A stretch of DNA of 64,000 nucleotides from Candidatus Poribacteria bacterium (lineage in GTDB: Bacteria; Poribacteria; WGA-4E; PCPOR2b): contig OZ220744.1 of assembly GCA_965116925.1 (NCBI GenBank), positions 5,472,001 to 5,536,000 on the forward strand. The letters are read 5' to 3'. A program made the translations under genes and the position numbers. Below are positions 28,851 to 38,141 of the stretch, in pieces. Under the pieces are notes generated by a model. That model was given only the letters and a program-made list of their open reading frames with translations. It was not told the origin of the DNA and searched no databases. The first letter of the stretch is position 1. Each line of letters starts with the position of its first letter.

Positions 28851-28884
28851 AGAAACCGAGTTTTCAAGAAAAAACTCGGTTTCT
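28851..28884. repeat. REP-like palindrome AGAAACCGAGTT-N-AACTCGGTTTCT (copy 2)
   Basis: Same arms as 7860-7892, nested inside further inverted repeats (AGTGCA/TGCACT and GCTCAT/ATGAGC). Confidence 0.75.
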
Positions 28885-28928
28885 TTGCACTAAATCTTAA
28901 CATGAGCGTTTAGGTCATATATTTGCTT

Positions 28929-30146
28929 ATGATGTTCCCAACGGGTAAGATTTACAAAGTCCACGAAATTACACAGATCCTGCAAGGCATTTTGCAGTCG
29001 GAGCCGATATTCCAAGATTTATGGCTTGAGGGCGAGATCTCGAACTTAGGGCGTCCTTCCTCTGGGCACATCTACTTTACGCTCAAAGATAACAATAGCC
29101 AGATTCAGTGTGCGATCTTTCGTCCTGCCGCCTCACGTTTGCGATTTCCGATGCAAAACGGGGATGCTGTGCTTGTCAATGGGCGGTTGACCATCTACGA
29201 CGCGCGCAGTCAGTATCAGATCATTGGTGAGCGTGTTGTGCCTGCGGGCGTGGGAGAATTGCAGTTGGCTTTCGAGCGACTCAAGGAACAACTCGCCGAA
29301 GAAGGGTTGTTTGATCCAATTCATAAAAAGCCGTTGCCACAATTTCCACAGAAGATTGGTCTTATCACCTCAGTGACAGGGGCAGCTATCCGTGATATTC
29401 TCCGGATGTTGCAAAAACGTTATCCCGCAGTGGAGGTGCTGCTATTTCCGACCCTCGTACAAGGGGAGGACGCGGGTGCAGAGATCGCCCACGCAGTTGC
29501 CTGCATGAATCGCCTGCCGGGGATAGATCTCCTCATTGTCGGCCGAGGGGGCGGATCCATCGAAGATCTGTGGGCATTCAACGAAGAGGTTGTCGCCCGT
29601 GCACTGTTTAAGTCTCATATCCCGACCGTGTCTGCTGTGGGACACGAGACGGATGTTACCATTGCAGATCTCGTTGCGGATCATCGCGCTCCAACTCCTT
29701 CTGCAGCGGTTGAAAATATCGTCCCAGATCAGGAGGAACTTCGTTTGCAGCTTGCTGCCGTTAGGTCCAGTTTAGTACGAAGCATCGCTAGGCGAATTGA
29801 TGTTGTACGAACAAAATTAGAAAATATACAGAGCCGTATCCCAGCAACACATCGGATTGATGCTATTAATCGGCTTCGACAGGTGATTGATCAACTTGAT
29901 CTCCGAGGACAACAAGCGGCTGCACAACAGCTAAAGGGCAAACAGCGTGCGTGGGAAGTTGCTGCTGCCCGGTTAGACACGTTAAGCCCTTTGGCGACGT
30001 TGACTCGTGGATACAGTATCTGCAAAGATTCAAGTGGAAAAACAGTTACAGATGCCTCGCAGGTCCATGTTGGCGAAGAGGTTCACCTCCAGCTTTCGCG
30101 GGGGCAGTTAGCGTGTCGCGTGTTGAAAGGAGAGATAGATGTCTGA
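28929..30146 (+). CDS. xseA: Exodeoxyribonuclease VII large subunit
   Basis: GEISN...SGHIYFTLKD, RGGGSIEDLWAFN, VGHETD and RAPTPSAA motifs. Confidence 0.95.
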   Translation: MMFPTGKIYKVHEITQILQGILQSEPIFQDLWLEGEISNLGRPSSGHIYFTLKDNNSQIQCAIFRPAASRLRFPMQNGDAVLVNGRLTIYDARSQYQIIGERVVPAGVGELQLAFERLKEQLAEEGLFDPIHKKPLPQFPQKIGLITSVTGAAIRDILRMLQKRYPAVEVLLFPTLVQGEDAGAEIAHAVACMNRLPGIDLLIVGRGGGSIEDLWAFNEEVVARALFKSHIPTVSAVGHETDVTIADLVADHRAPTPSAAVENIVPDQEELRLQLAAVRSSLVRSIARRIDVVRTKLENIQSRIPATHRIDAINRLRQVIDQLDLRGQQAAAQQLKGKQRAWEVAAARLDTLSPLATLTRGYSICKDSSGKTVTDASQVHVGEEVHLQLSRGQLACRVLKGEIDV

Positions 30147-30384
30147 AGATATGAGCTTCGAGGAAGCCTTAGTTAAACTTGAAGAGGCGGTTGCCCAGCT
30201 TGAGCAGGGGGATGCCTTGACTCTGGATGAGTCACTGCAAGCCTTTGAGGAAGGTATCCGCCTGACACGGCTCTGTCGAGAGAAGCTTGATGCGGCGGAA
30301 TTGCGTGTGCAACAACTGATTGAAGTCGATGAAAATGTATTTGAAATGGCATCGTTTGAAGTGGAAGCTGACGGAGAAATCTGA
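30139..30384 (+). CDS. xseB: Exodeoxyribonuclease VII small subunit
   Basis: SFEEAL..LE..V..LE.G...LDESL..FEEG pattern; follows xseA. Confidence 0.95.
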   Translation: MSEDMSFEEALVKLEEAVAQLEQGDALTLDESLQAFEEGIRLTRLCREKLDAAELRVQQLIEVDENVFEMASFEVEADGEI

Positions 30385-30413
30385 ATTCGCTGATTGTCAC
30401 AAGGAGCTTTGGA

Positions 30414-32270
30414 ATGTTTTTAGAAAAAATTGATTCACCTACGGATCTCAAATCACTAGATACCGATGACCTGAAAGAACTCGCTGAAGAGATGCGTGGG
30501 TATCTTCTGTCGGTGCTATCAGAACACCCCGGACATTTTGCCCCCAACTTAGGGACGGTTGAGTTGGCTATCGCCCTCCATTATGTATTTGATACCCCGC
30601 GTGACCAAGTGATCTGGGACATCGGACATCAGGCTTATCCACACAAACTCCTCACCGGTCGCCGCGATGCGTTTCCGACGCTTCGCCAGTATGGCGGCAT
30701 CAGTGGATTTCTCAGTCGAGCAGAAAGCAAGTACGATGTGTTTGGTGCCGGTCATTCAAGTACCTCGCTGGCGGCGGCGTTGGGGGTTGCCACTGCTCGT
30801 GACTTCAACAATGAAGATTACAAGGTGGTCGCTGTCATCGGCGATGGCGGTTTGACAGGGGGAATGGCGTTTGAGGGGCTAAATACAGCTGGCGATTTCA
30901 AAAAAGATATGCTCGTCATCCTCAATGATAATCAGATGTCTATTTCCCAGACGGTTGGTGCATTCTCAAAATATTTGCACCGCCTCTTAACTCATCCAAC
31001 CTACAACGCGCTCCGCACTAGTGCAAAAGAGATTGTGAAACGGATTGCCCCAGAGGTGAAGCCTGTTGCCAAACGGATTGAAGCTGCTCTCAAGCCCGGC
31101 ACACTGTTTGAGGAATTTGGCTTTCGTTATTTCGGTCCTCTTGATGGCAACGACTTGGATGCGTTGTTGCCTGTGCTTGAAGGCGTGAAATTGCTACATC
31201 AGCCAATTCTGCTTCACGTTGTCACCCAGAAAGGGAAAGGGTATCCTCTCGCCGAAACGGACTCAGAGAGCTTTTACAGCGTCAGTGGCAAGTTTGATCT
31301 TAAGACCGGCAAGTCACTTGTTCCCAAGTCACCCCTTCCGACCTATACTAGTGTTTTCAGCAGTACATTGATTGAACTTGCCAAAAAAGACCCTCAAATT
31401 GTTGCCATAACCGCAGCAATGCCAAACGGCACGGGGTTAGACAAGTTTCAAGAGGTGTTTCCAGATCGTTTCTTCGACGTGGGTTTGGCAGAACAGTGTG
31501 CTGTGACTTTCGCGGCGGGGTTAGCGACTCAAGGTGTCAAACCGGTCGCAGCAATTTATTCGACCTTCCTGCAACGCGGTTACGATCAGTTGGTTCACGA
31601 TGTCTGCATCCAGAATCTGCCTGTGATCTTCGTACTAGACCGCGCTGGACTTGTCGGAGCGGACGGACCGACCCATCACGGTGTTTTCGATTTTGCGTAC
31701 CTCCGTTCTCTGCCAAACATGGTGGTGATGTCCCCAAAAGATGAAGACGAACTCCAGCACATGATGAAGACTGCCGTTGAGTACGAAAAGGGCCCAATTG
31801 CCCTCCGCTATCCCCGCGGCAACGGTTTGGGTGTTCCTATGGCGAATCAACCTCAGTCGTTGCCAATTGGAAAAGGTGAGGTTCTACGCAATGGCGGCGA
31901 CCTGTTAGTCATAGCGATTGGAAATCGCGTCCAACCGGCACTTGAGGCAGCAGAGATATTGGCAGACTCAGGCATATCGACAACGGTGGTGAACCCACGA
32001 TTCGTCAAGCCGCTTGACGACCAACTTATTCTTCCGCTCGCCTCACGGATTGGAAAAGTGATTACGGTTGAGGATGGGGTACTGATGGGCGGATTCGGCA
32101 GTGCGGTCTTGGAGATGTTCCTAGATAGCGGATTGACAGATGTGCAGACCAAACGTCTCGGTATTCCCGATCAGTTCATTGAGCATGGGGATGTCAAAGC
32201 CTTATATGAACAGTGTGATTTAGATACAGAGGCAATTGTCCGTGAAGGGTTAAAATTTGCAAAGAAGTAG
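30414..32270 (+). CDS. dxs: 1-deoxy-D-xylulose-5-phosphate synthase
   Basis: WDIGHQAYPHK, GDGGLTGGMAFE, LNDN, YSTFLQR and GADGPTHHG motifs. Confidence 0.96.
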   Translation: MFLEKIDSPTDLKSLDTDDLKELAEEMRGYLLSVLSEHPGHFAPNLGTVELAIALHYVFDTPRDQVIWDIGHQAYPHKLLTGRRDAFPTLRQYGGISGFLSRAESKYDVFGAGHSSTSLAAALGVATARDFNNEDYKVVAVIGDGGLTGGMAFEGLNTAGDFKKDMLVILNDNQMSISQTVGAFSKYLHRLLTHPTYNALRTSAKEIVKRIAPEVKPVAKRIEAALKPGTLFEEFGFRYFGPLDGNDLDALLPVLEGVKLLHQPILLHVVTQKGKGYPLAETDSESFYSVSGKFDLKTGKSLVPKSPLPTYTSVFSSTLIELAKKDPQIVAITAAMPNGTGLDKFQEVFPDRFFDVGLAEQCAVTFAAGLATQGVKPVAAIYSTFLQRGYDQLVHDVCIQNLPVIFVLDRAGLVGADGPTHHGVFDFAYLRSLPNMVVMSPKDEDELQHMMKTAVEYEKGPIALRYPRGNGLGVPMANQPQSLPIGKGEVLRNGGDLLVIAIGNRVQPALEAAEILADSGISTTVVNPRFVKPLDDQLILPLASRIGKVITVEDGVLMGGFGSAVLEMFLDSGLTDVQTKRLGIPDQFIEHGDVKALYEQCDLDTEAIVREGLKFAKK

Positions 32271-32343
32271 ATCAGCGAATAAACACGGAGAACTTAGCGG
32301 TGCGAAACTGGAGACGAATGCGGCGATTAGAAGGGAAGGTAGG

Positions 32344-33216
32344 ATGGGAGGCAGGAAAGCCAGCAACAACACTTCTAATATCTCACGCGTCACATTTCAC
32401 GCATCACGAGGGCAGAGCAAGCAGCGACTTGATACGCTCGTTGTCCAGCGTAGACTTGTTGACAGCCGTGAACGAGCAAAGCAGTTAATTCTTGCCGGAG
32501 AAGTAATTGTTGCGGGCAGTGCACAGGTCAAACCGGGTTATCTGATTTCACCGGATGCAGAAATTGTAGTGAAACAGCCACCACGGTATGTCAGCCGGGG
32601 GGGGCTGAAACTGGAGAAAGCGTTGCAAGTGTTCCAAGTTGATGTGCATGACAGCGTCGCTATTGACGTTGGTGCATCGACCGGTGGGTTCACAGATTGC
32701 TTGCTACAACACGGCGCAAAGTTTGTGTATGCGGTGGATGTGGGGCATGGGCAGCTTGCATGGAAAATCCGTCAAGATTCGCGGGTATGTGTCATAGAGG
32801 GGACCAATATCCGCACGATTGACTTGAATCGCTTTGAGTCTCCGGTCAAAGTTGGTGTGGTTGATGTCTCGTTTATCTCTCTCCAAAAAGTCTTACCGAT
32901 CGTCACTCAAATTGTTGAGTCTACGGGGGATGTACTTGCCTTGGTCAAGCCTCAATTTGAGGCGGGCCGGAAACATGTTGGCAAGGGCGGCGTGGTGAGA
33001 GATAGGAGGGTGCACCTTCAGGTGCTCCGCGATCTCATCCAGTTTATTCATGGACTGGAGCAATCTGTTATGGGGATCTCCTATTCTCCGATTCGTGGAC
33101 CGGCGGGCAATATTGAGTACCTGATCTGGTTCAAGGCAGGAGCTGAAGGTGCTTCGGTAGATTGGGAAAAGCGTGCGGACCAGGTGGTTCAAGAGGCTAA
33201 CACCACTTTGCAATAA
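32344..33216 (+). CDS. tlyA: TlyA family rRNA 2'-O-methyltransferase
   Basis: S4 domain, YVSRGGLKL, DVGASTGGFTD, DVSFISL, KPQFE and GNIEYL motifs. Start is uncertain. Confidence 0.93.
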   Translation: MGGRKASNNTSNISRVTFHASRGQSKQRLDTLVVQRRLVDSRERAKQLILAGEVIVAGSAQVKPGYLISPDAEIVVKQPPRYVSRGGLKLEKALQVFQVDVHDSVAIDVGASTGGFTDCLLQHGAKFVYAVDVGHGQLAWKIRQDSRVCVIEGTNIRTIDLNRFESPVKVGVVDVSFISLQKVLPIVTQIVESTGDVLALVKPQFEAGRKHVGKGGVVRDRRVHLQVLRDLIQFIHGLEQSVMGISYSPIRGPAGNIEYLIWFKAGAEGASVDWEKRADQVVQEANTTLQ

Positions 33217-33233
33217 CTTGATAGGAGAACATT

Positions 33234-34277
33234 ATGGCAATTGGTATCGGTATCATCGGTGCGGGTGGGATTTCTCGTGCACACGCGCGCGGATACCTCC
33301 AGATTCCTGATAAAGCACGGATTGTGGGGGTCGCAGATATCCTTGAGGAACGGGCGCAAGCGGCGGCGCAGGAGTGGGGTGCGGAATGTGCATTTGGAGA
33401 CTATCATGAACTGCTTGCACTTGCGGAGGTGGAGGCTGTCAGTGTTTGTACATACACTAAGGCGCACTGCGAACCGACGGTCGCTGCACTTCAGGCGGGG
33501 AAGCATGTCATTGTAGAAAAACCGATGGCCGCTACGGCTGCTGAAGCCTATCAAATGGTAGAAGCCCAAAGGGCTAGCGGAAAGATCCTAATGGTGGGCA
33601 TGAAATGGCGGTTTATGCCTGAGATCCAAGCGGCGAAAGCGTTTATTGAAGAAGGAAATCTCGGACAGATTTATTACGCCGAAGCCATCGGCTGGCAGCA
33701 TCGCGGTATCCCCGGCGGAACCTTCATCAAAAAAGAGACAGCCGGCGGTGGTGGATTCATGGACAATGGTGTCTACACGCTTGACGCTGTGCTCCACATG
33801 ATGGGACATCCCAAACCGCTTACGGTTTCGGGCACCGATGCCAACATTTTTGGACATTCCCCGGACGGCACTTGGAATATCCACGACTTTTCGGTGGAAG
33901 ATTTCGGAACAGCCTACGTCCGATTAGAGGGGGGAATTACCCTGTTCTTCGCGCATAGCTGGGCGATTAACTTCCCGGAACAGTGGCAGATGCGTATCGC
34001 CGGCAGTCGCGGATCTGTTGAGATCTTCCCCTTTGGCTCAGAACCGAAATTGCGTTTATCACATGGGGGCTATAGCGATTTGCAGGATGTCACGCCCAAT
34101 CAGCTGCCGGAGGGAAGTATAGACGTTACCTATGAAATCCAGCAATTTGTGCGAGCCATACGGGACGCACAACCCTCCCCCATTCCCGGGGATACCTTCT
34201 TGTACACAAATGCGATTTTCGATGGGATCTATCAATCCTCACAACTGGGACGTGAAGTTCCGGTTAGCTTGCCTTAG
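33234..34277 (+). CDS. Gfo/Idh/MocA family oxidoreductase
   Basis: GIIGAGGIS, GKHVIVEKP and GGGFMDNGVY motifs. Confidence 0.9.
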   Translation: MAIGIGIIGAGGISRAHARGYLQIPDKARIVGVADILEERAQAAAQEWGAECAFGDYHELLALAEVEAVSVCTYTKAHCEPTVAALQAGKHVIVEKPMAATAAEAYQMVEAQRASGKILMVGMKWRFMPEIQAAKAFIEEGNLGQIYYAEAIGWQHRGIPGGTFIKKETAGGGGFMDNGVYTLDAVLHMMGHPKPLTVSGTDANIFGHSPDGTWNIHDFSVEDFGTAYVRLEGGITLFFAHSWAINFPEQWQMRIAGSRGSVEIFPFGSEPKLRLSHGGYSDLQDVTPNQLPEGSIDVTYEIQQFVRAIRDAQPSPIPGDTFLYTNAIFDGIYQSSQLGREVPVSLP

Positions 34278-34402
34278 TCCGTGCCTATCTTCGCCTCCTG
34301 TCCCGACGGGTCAGGATCCCGAGAATCGGGACAAGCATATCCGGTGCGGTTACATGAAGTTTAAGTATTTAAATCGGTAATCCCTATTTTCCTCGAAACA
34401 TA

Positions 34403-34489
34403 CGGTAGGCGCGGTTTTCAACCGCGCCGGCGTCGCTAGCAAATGACCGAACTGTTTTTTTTATTTTCATCAAACCGCACCTACCGGGG
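34403..34489. repeat. Inverted pair of GTAGG(C/T)GCGG REP units (REPIN-like)
   Basis: GTAGGCGCGGTTTTCAACCGCGCC and inverted AAACCGCACCTAC. The 18-mer at 34472-34489 is identical to 15965-15982 inside the MITE. Confidence 0.7.
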
Positions 34490-34505
34490 TGGAGGGAATC
34501 AGGTT

Positions 34506-34544
34506 AAATAAAAAAGCACCGGGCAAATAATATCACCCGGTGCT
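34506..34544 (-). terminator. Rho-independent terminator of the RRM gene
   Basis: Minus strand GCACCGGG-loop-CCCGGTGC followed by TTTTTTATTT. Confidence 0.8.
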
Positions 34545-34574
34545 CTGTGTGAAATTATGAAGCAAAGATAGTGC

Positions 34575-34877
34575 TTACCATCTATCGCGGTCATCATCAT
34601 CGCGTCTGCCGCCACCACGCCTCTCACCACGTGGGGGCCGAGGCCGAGCCTCGTTTACCTTCACAGGACGTCCAACAATCTCCTGTCCATCCAATCCGCC
34701 GATCGCCGCTTCCGCCTCAGCCTGATCGGGCATTTCGACGAATCCAAATCCTCTTGACCTTCCACTATAATGGTCTCGAATGACGTTGGCAGTATCGACC
34801 GTTCCGTAGCTTTCAAAAGCCTCTCGCAAGTCATCATCCGTGGCATCATATGACAGATTACCGACGTAAATATTCAT
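34575..34877 (-). CDS. RRM (RNP-1) RNA-binding protein
   Basis: RNP2 IYVGNLS, RNP1 RGFGFVEM and an Arg/Gly-rich tail; SD GAGG. Confidence 0.95.
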   Translation of the reverse strand: MNIYVGNLSYDATDDDLREAFESYGTVDTANVIRDHYSGRSRGFGFVEMPDQAEAEAAIGGLDGQEIVGRPVKVNEARPRPPRGERRGGGRRDDDDRDRW

Positions 34878-34889
34878 CTGAATTTCCTC

Positions 34890-35458
34890 TCTGAAAAGAT
34901 GTTGTTCAAAATTTGCAAACGTTTCTGGACTTCGCACACGGAGGTTGGCTTCCCCCTCACCGACTATACATTCGAGTGATTCGCAGTTCATCGATGAATC
35001 GACACCGTGCCATCTTATAGCTTACCCCTTGATAGTATCACCACATTCCGTGTGTGCCCTCACCTCTCCCCGCATCGCGAGGATCGTGAAGCCGGGTATC
35101 TGTCAGATAACATCGCCGTCTCTGAGTTGTTATTGACGCCATTTCATTAAAAGTGACGTGATACCTTAAACGCTGTGAGATACGGCGTTATGGTCCCACA
35201 GAGAAACGCCATCGTGAGTGACTTTTGTTGAAGAAAAACGAGAACAGGAATTCAAGACCTCTCATGTCCTCCAATCGACTTTAACCGTTGCACCTAGCAA
35301 TTCGCAAAACAGCAGCGCATCGGTAGATGTTGCTCTGATGGCAGTCAAGCGGTATTGGTTGAGGAAATTCGTGCCAATTTCGACCTTGCCCCAACCCTTT
35401 GCTTATTTGCACAGTTACATATTTCTAGCCGCACCAAGCCTGCTCGACATCACTTCTC
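34890..35458 (-). ncRNA. Candidate large structured RNA / 5' leader upstream of the RRM gene
   Basis: About 580 nt without a credible ORF, downstream of a minus-strand TATAAT (35470-35465). Many helices whose G-U pairs only work on the minus strand. Confidence 0.45.
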
Positions 35459-35508
35459 AATAATATTATAAGCCAAGATAGCGTAAATATCCAGAAAAAC
35501 TTCTGACA

Positions 35509-36764
35509 TAGGGCAATCGCATATAAAAAAAATCTTGACAGTGTAGTGAATTGAGGTAATGTATAGGGTATCCCATAAAGCAAAGGAGTGTTTGAAATGT
35601 CTGATACCCCCATTACCTCGATTGAATCCCATTTTTCTGAGTTACCCGACCCCCGAACCGACACGCACCGCATTCGTCATAAACTAACGGATATGGTTGT
35701 GATAGCCATCAGTGCGGTTATCTGTGGTGCCGATAGCTGGGTGACGGTTGAATCGTTTGGACACGCGAAGTTTAAGTGGCTATCGGGTTTATTGAACTTA
35801 CCCAACGGTATCCCGTCGCATGATACCTTTAGTCGCGTGTTTGGTTTACTTGACTCGGTAGCCTTTGAGCACTGTTTCATCAATTGGATAAAACAGGTTA
35901 TCGAAGTGACAGATGGTCAAGTAGTTGCCGTTGATGGTAAATACCTGCGTCGGTCTTATGATACGGCGACCGACCCAAGTCCGATTGGCTTGGTCAGTGC
36001 ATGGGTATCGTCCCAATCGGTGACTTTGGGACAACTGAGAGTCGCTGACCATTCCAATGAAATCCCCGCCATTCCGCAATTACTGGAGATGTTAGCCATC
36101 TCCGGGTGTATTGTGACTACCGATGCGATGGGGTGTCACCCACGAATTGCTCAACAGATTGTGGATGCCGATGCCGATTATGTATTGGCATTGAAAGCGA
36201 ATCAAGGCCAACTCCATGAAGATGTCAAACTGTTGTTCGATGGCATTTTGGACAATCAGTTACCCGATGTGCAGACCGACACCACTCAGACCATTGATGG
36301 TGACCACGGTCGGATTGAGACCCGAACCGCTATCACTGTTTCTGACCCTGAAGTGATTGCACCATTGAGAGGCAGTGAGACCTTTGTCAATCTCAACTCA
36401 GTGGTCAAGGTCATCGCAGAACGGGAACAGAATGAAAAGACAACGGTGAAAACCCGATACTATATCTCCTCGTTATCGGCAGATGCTGTCCAATTGCTTG
36501 ACGCTATCCGCACCCATTGGTCTATTGAAAACTCATGCCATTGGGTGTTAGGTGTCGCATTTGATGAAGATGGCTGTCGTATCCGTAAAAACAATGGTAG
36601 TCAAAACTTTGCCATACTCCGACGCATTGCACTCAACTTACTCAAGGGAGAACCAACAGCCAAGGTTGGCGTTGCCGCCAAAAGGTTGAAAGCCGCATGG
36701 GACACCGACTACTTAACTACCGTGCTCGCTACCCTCTTCTAAAATCTTATATGCGATTGCCCTA
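35509..36764 (+). mobile_element. ISAs1-family insertion sequence
   Basis: Perfect 18-bp TIRs TAGGGCAATCGCATATAA (35509-35526 and 36747-36764); 10-bp target duplication ACTTCTGACA (35499-35508 and 36765-36774). Confidence 0.95.
35597..36742 (+). CDS. ISAs1-family DDE transposase
   Basis: PDPR, GIPSHDTF, VDGK, TTDAMGC, KANQ, HGRIETR and HWSIENSCHW motifs. Confidence 0.95.
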   Translation: MSDTPITSIESHFSELPDPRTDTHRIRHKLTDMVVIAISAVICGADSWVTVESFGHAKFKWLSGLLNLPNGIPSHDTFSRVFGLLDSVAFEHCFINWIKQVIEVTDGQVVAVDGKYLRRSYDTATDPSPIGLVSAWVSSQSVTLGQLRVADHSNEIPAIPQLLEMLAISGCIVTTDAMGCHPRIAQQIVDADADYVLALKANQGQLHEDVKLLFDGILDNQLPDVQTDTTQTIDGDHGRIETRTAITVSDPEVIAPLRGSETFVNLNSVVKVIAEREQNEKTTVKTRYYISSLSADAVQLLDAIRTHWSIENSCHWVLGVAFDEDGCRIRKNNGSQNFAILRRIALNLLKGEPTAKVGVAAKRLKAAWDTDYLTTVLATLF

Positions 36765-36928
36765 ACTTCTGACATACAAAATTTTCCCAGATGTACATGC
36801 GCTTGTCTCCATCCACAGAGTGAGTGTTATCTAACATTTTCAACATTGAAAAGTCAGTCATAATGTGGGATAATCAATAGGATGCAAGATTTTGCAAATG
36901 GTGATTATTGCAGCGGAAGGAGAGGTAG

Positions 36929-38050
36929 ATGAATCAAACAGCAGATGTAGTTGTGGTCGGCGGCGGGGTCATTGGGTGCTTTATTGCTTATGAGCTTTCA
37001 AAATCGGGACTTGAGGTAGTGGTGGTAGAAAAGGGGCAGGTGGGGGCAGAAGCCTCTAGTGCAGCTGCGGGGTTGTTGGTGCCCTTGCACATGGCGGAGG
37101 AGGAACGCGCACTTTTTGAACTCCACTTGGCTTCGACGAGGATGTTCCCTACGTTTGTGCCGGAGCTTGAAGAGGAAACAGGCATCAGTGTTGAGTATAT
37201 CCCGTCTGGGATTCTGAGGGTTGCTCTGAACGAGGAAGAAGAAACGGCTCGGCTGTCACAGTTTCAGAAATTGGGGGAAGCCTTTGGGATGGGGATAACA
37301 CAGCTGGACGCAGCGGAGCTACATTCCCTTGAACCTGAACTGGCACCCGCGGTTTGCGGTGGTATTCTTTCCCACGATGAAGCGTACATCAACAATGGTC
37401 GATTGGTTCTCGCACTCGCCAGAGGAGCTTCCGTGCACAATGCTCGATTCCATGAAGGGTGCCTTGCAACCGGGGTGAGGCGAGCAGACGGACGCTTTTC
37501 GGCACTTCAGACGAATGAAGGAGAGATTTCTGCTGGACATCTTGTGGTAGCAACGGGTGCGTGGAGTCGTATTTTCTGCGAGGCGTTGGATATAACCATC
37601 CCTGTCATTCCCGCGCGCGGACAGATGTTGGCGGTCACAACCATTCAGCGTCTGCTTCAACGCCCCATCAACTCTAGCAACGGGGCACTGGTTCCCCGGG
37701 CGGATGGGTCGGTCCATGTCGGGGCAACCGTTGAGCATGTCGGCTTCGACAAGCGTAACACCCCTGAAGCGATTGCCGATCTGCTAGAAAGAGGCACGGC
37801 GGTCGTCCCCGCCTTGAGCGAAGGGCGCGTTGAAAGGATGTGGTCGGGTTTTCGTCCGTTCTGTGAGGATGGGCTGCCGGTGATCGGCGGACTGCCCGAG
37901 TGGGAAAATGTTTCGGTCGCCACGGGACATTTTACAATGGGCATCACAGGCAGTCTGATAACAGCAAAAATTATCAAAGAGCTGATCGTGGACGGGCATT
38001 GGGATAGGTCAATGGAGATTTTCTCACCCGCTCGCTTTGTAAAGGGTTAG
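36929..38050 (+). CDS. thiO: Glycine oxidase ThiO / FAD-dependent D-amino acid oxidase family
   Basis: GGGVIG, ASSAAAGLL, ATGAWS, PARGQM, GFRP and ATGH motifs. Confidence 0.75.
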   Translation: MNQTADVVVVGGGVIGCFIAYELSKSGLEVVVVEKGQVGAEASSAAAGLLVPLHMAEEERALFELHLASTRMFPTFVPELEEETGISVEYIPSGILRVALNEEEETARLSQFQKLGEAFGMGITQLDAAELHSLEPELAPAVCGGILSHDEAYINNGRLVLALARGASVHNARFHEGCLATGVRRADGRFSALQTNEGEISAGHLVVATGAWSRIFCEALDITIPVIPARGQMLAVTTIQRLLQRPINSSNGALVPRADGSVHVGATVEHVGFDKRNTPEAIADLLERGTAVVPALSEGRVERMWSGFRPFCEDGLPVIGGLPEWENVSVATGHFTMGITGSLITAKIIKELIVDGHWDRSMEIFSPARFVKG

Positions 38051-38141
38051 AGATAGCTTTATGGAAAGCCGGAGAGGCGACAGACTTCTTTCAGTTTGTA
38101 CTATAATTTACACCGACATTGCTTTGTTGTGTTTCATCCTT

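Noticed and set aside
35355..35380. RNase P RNA (GAGGAAATTC resembles GAGGAAAGUCC) or tmRNA
   Set aside because: The motif is imperfect, the matching 3' P4 strand is absent, and there are no tRNA-like GGGG...CCA ends.
34890..35435. Group II intron (GTGCG at about 35434 on the minus strand)
   Set aside because: No recognisable domain V/VI, no reverse transcriptase ORF and no interrupted gene.
35218..35463. 81-aa plus-strand ORF in the RRM upstream region
   Set aside because: No SD, no recognisable motifs, and base-pairing asymmetry favours a minus-strand RNA.
36775..36928. TPP riboswitch upstream of thiO
   Set aside because: No CUGAGA or other TPP aptamer core motifs are visible.
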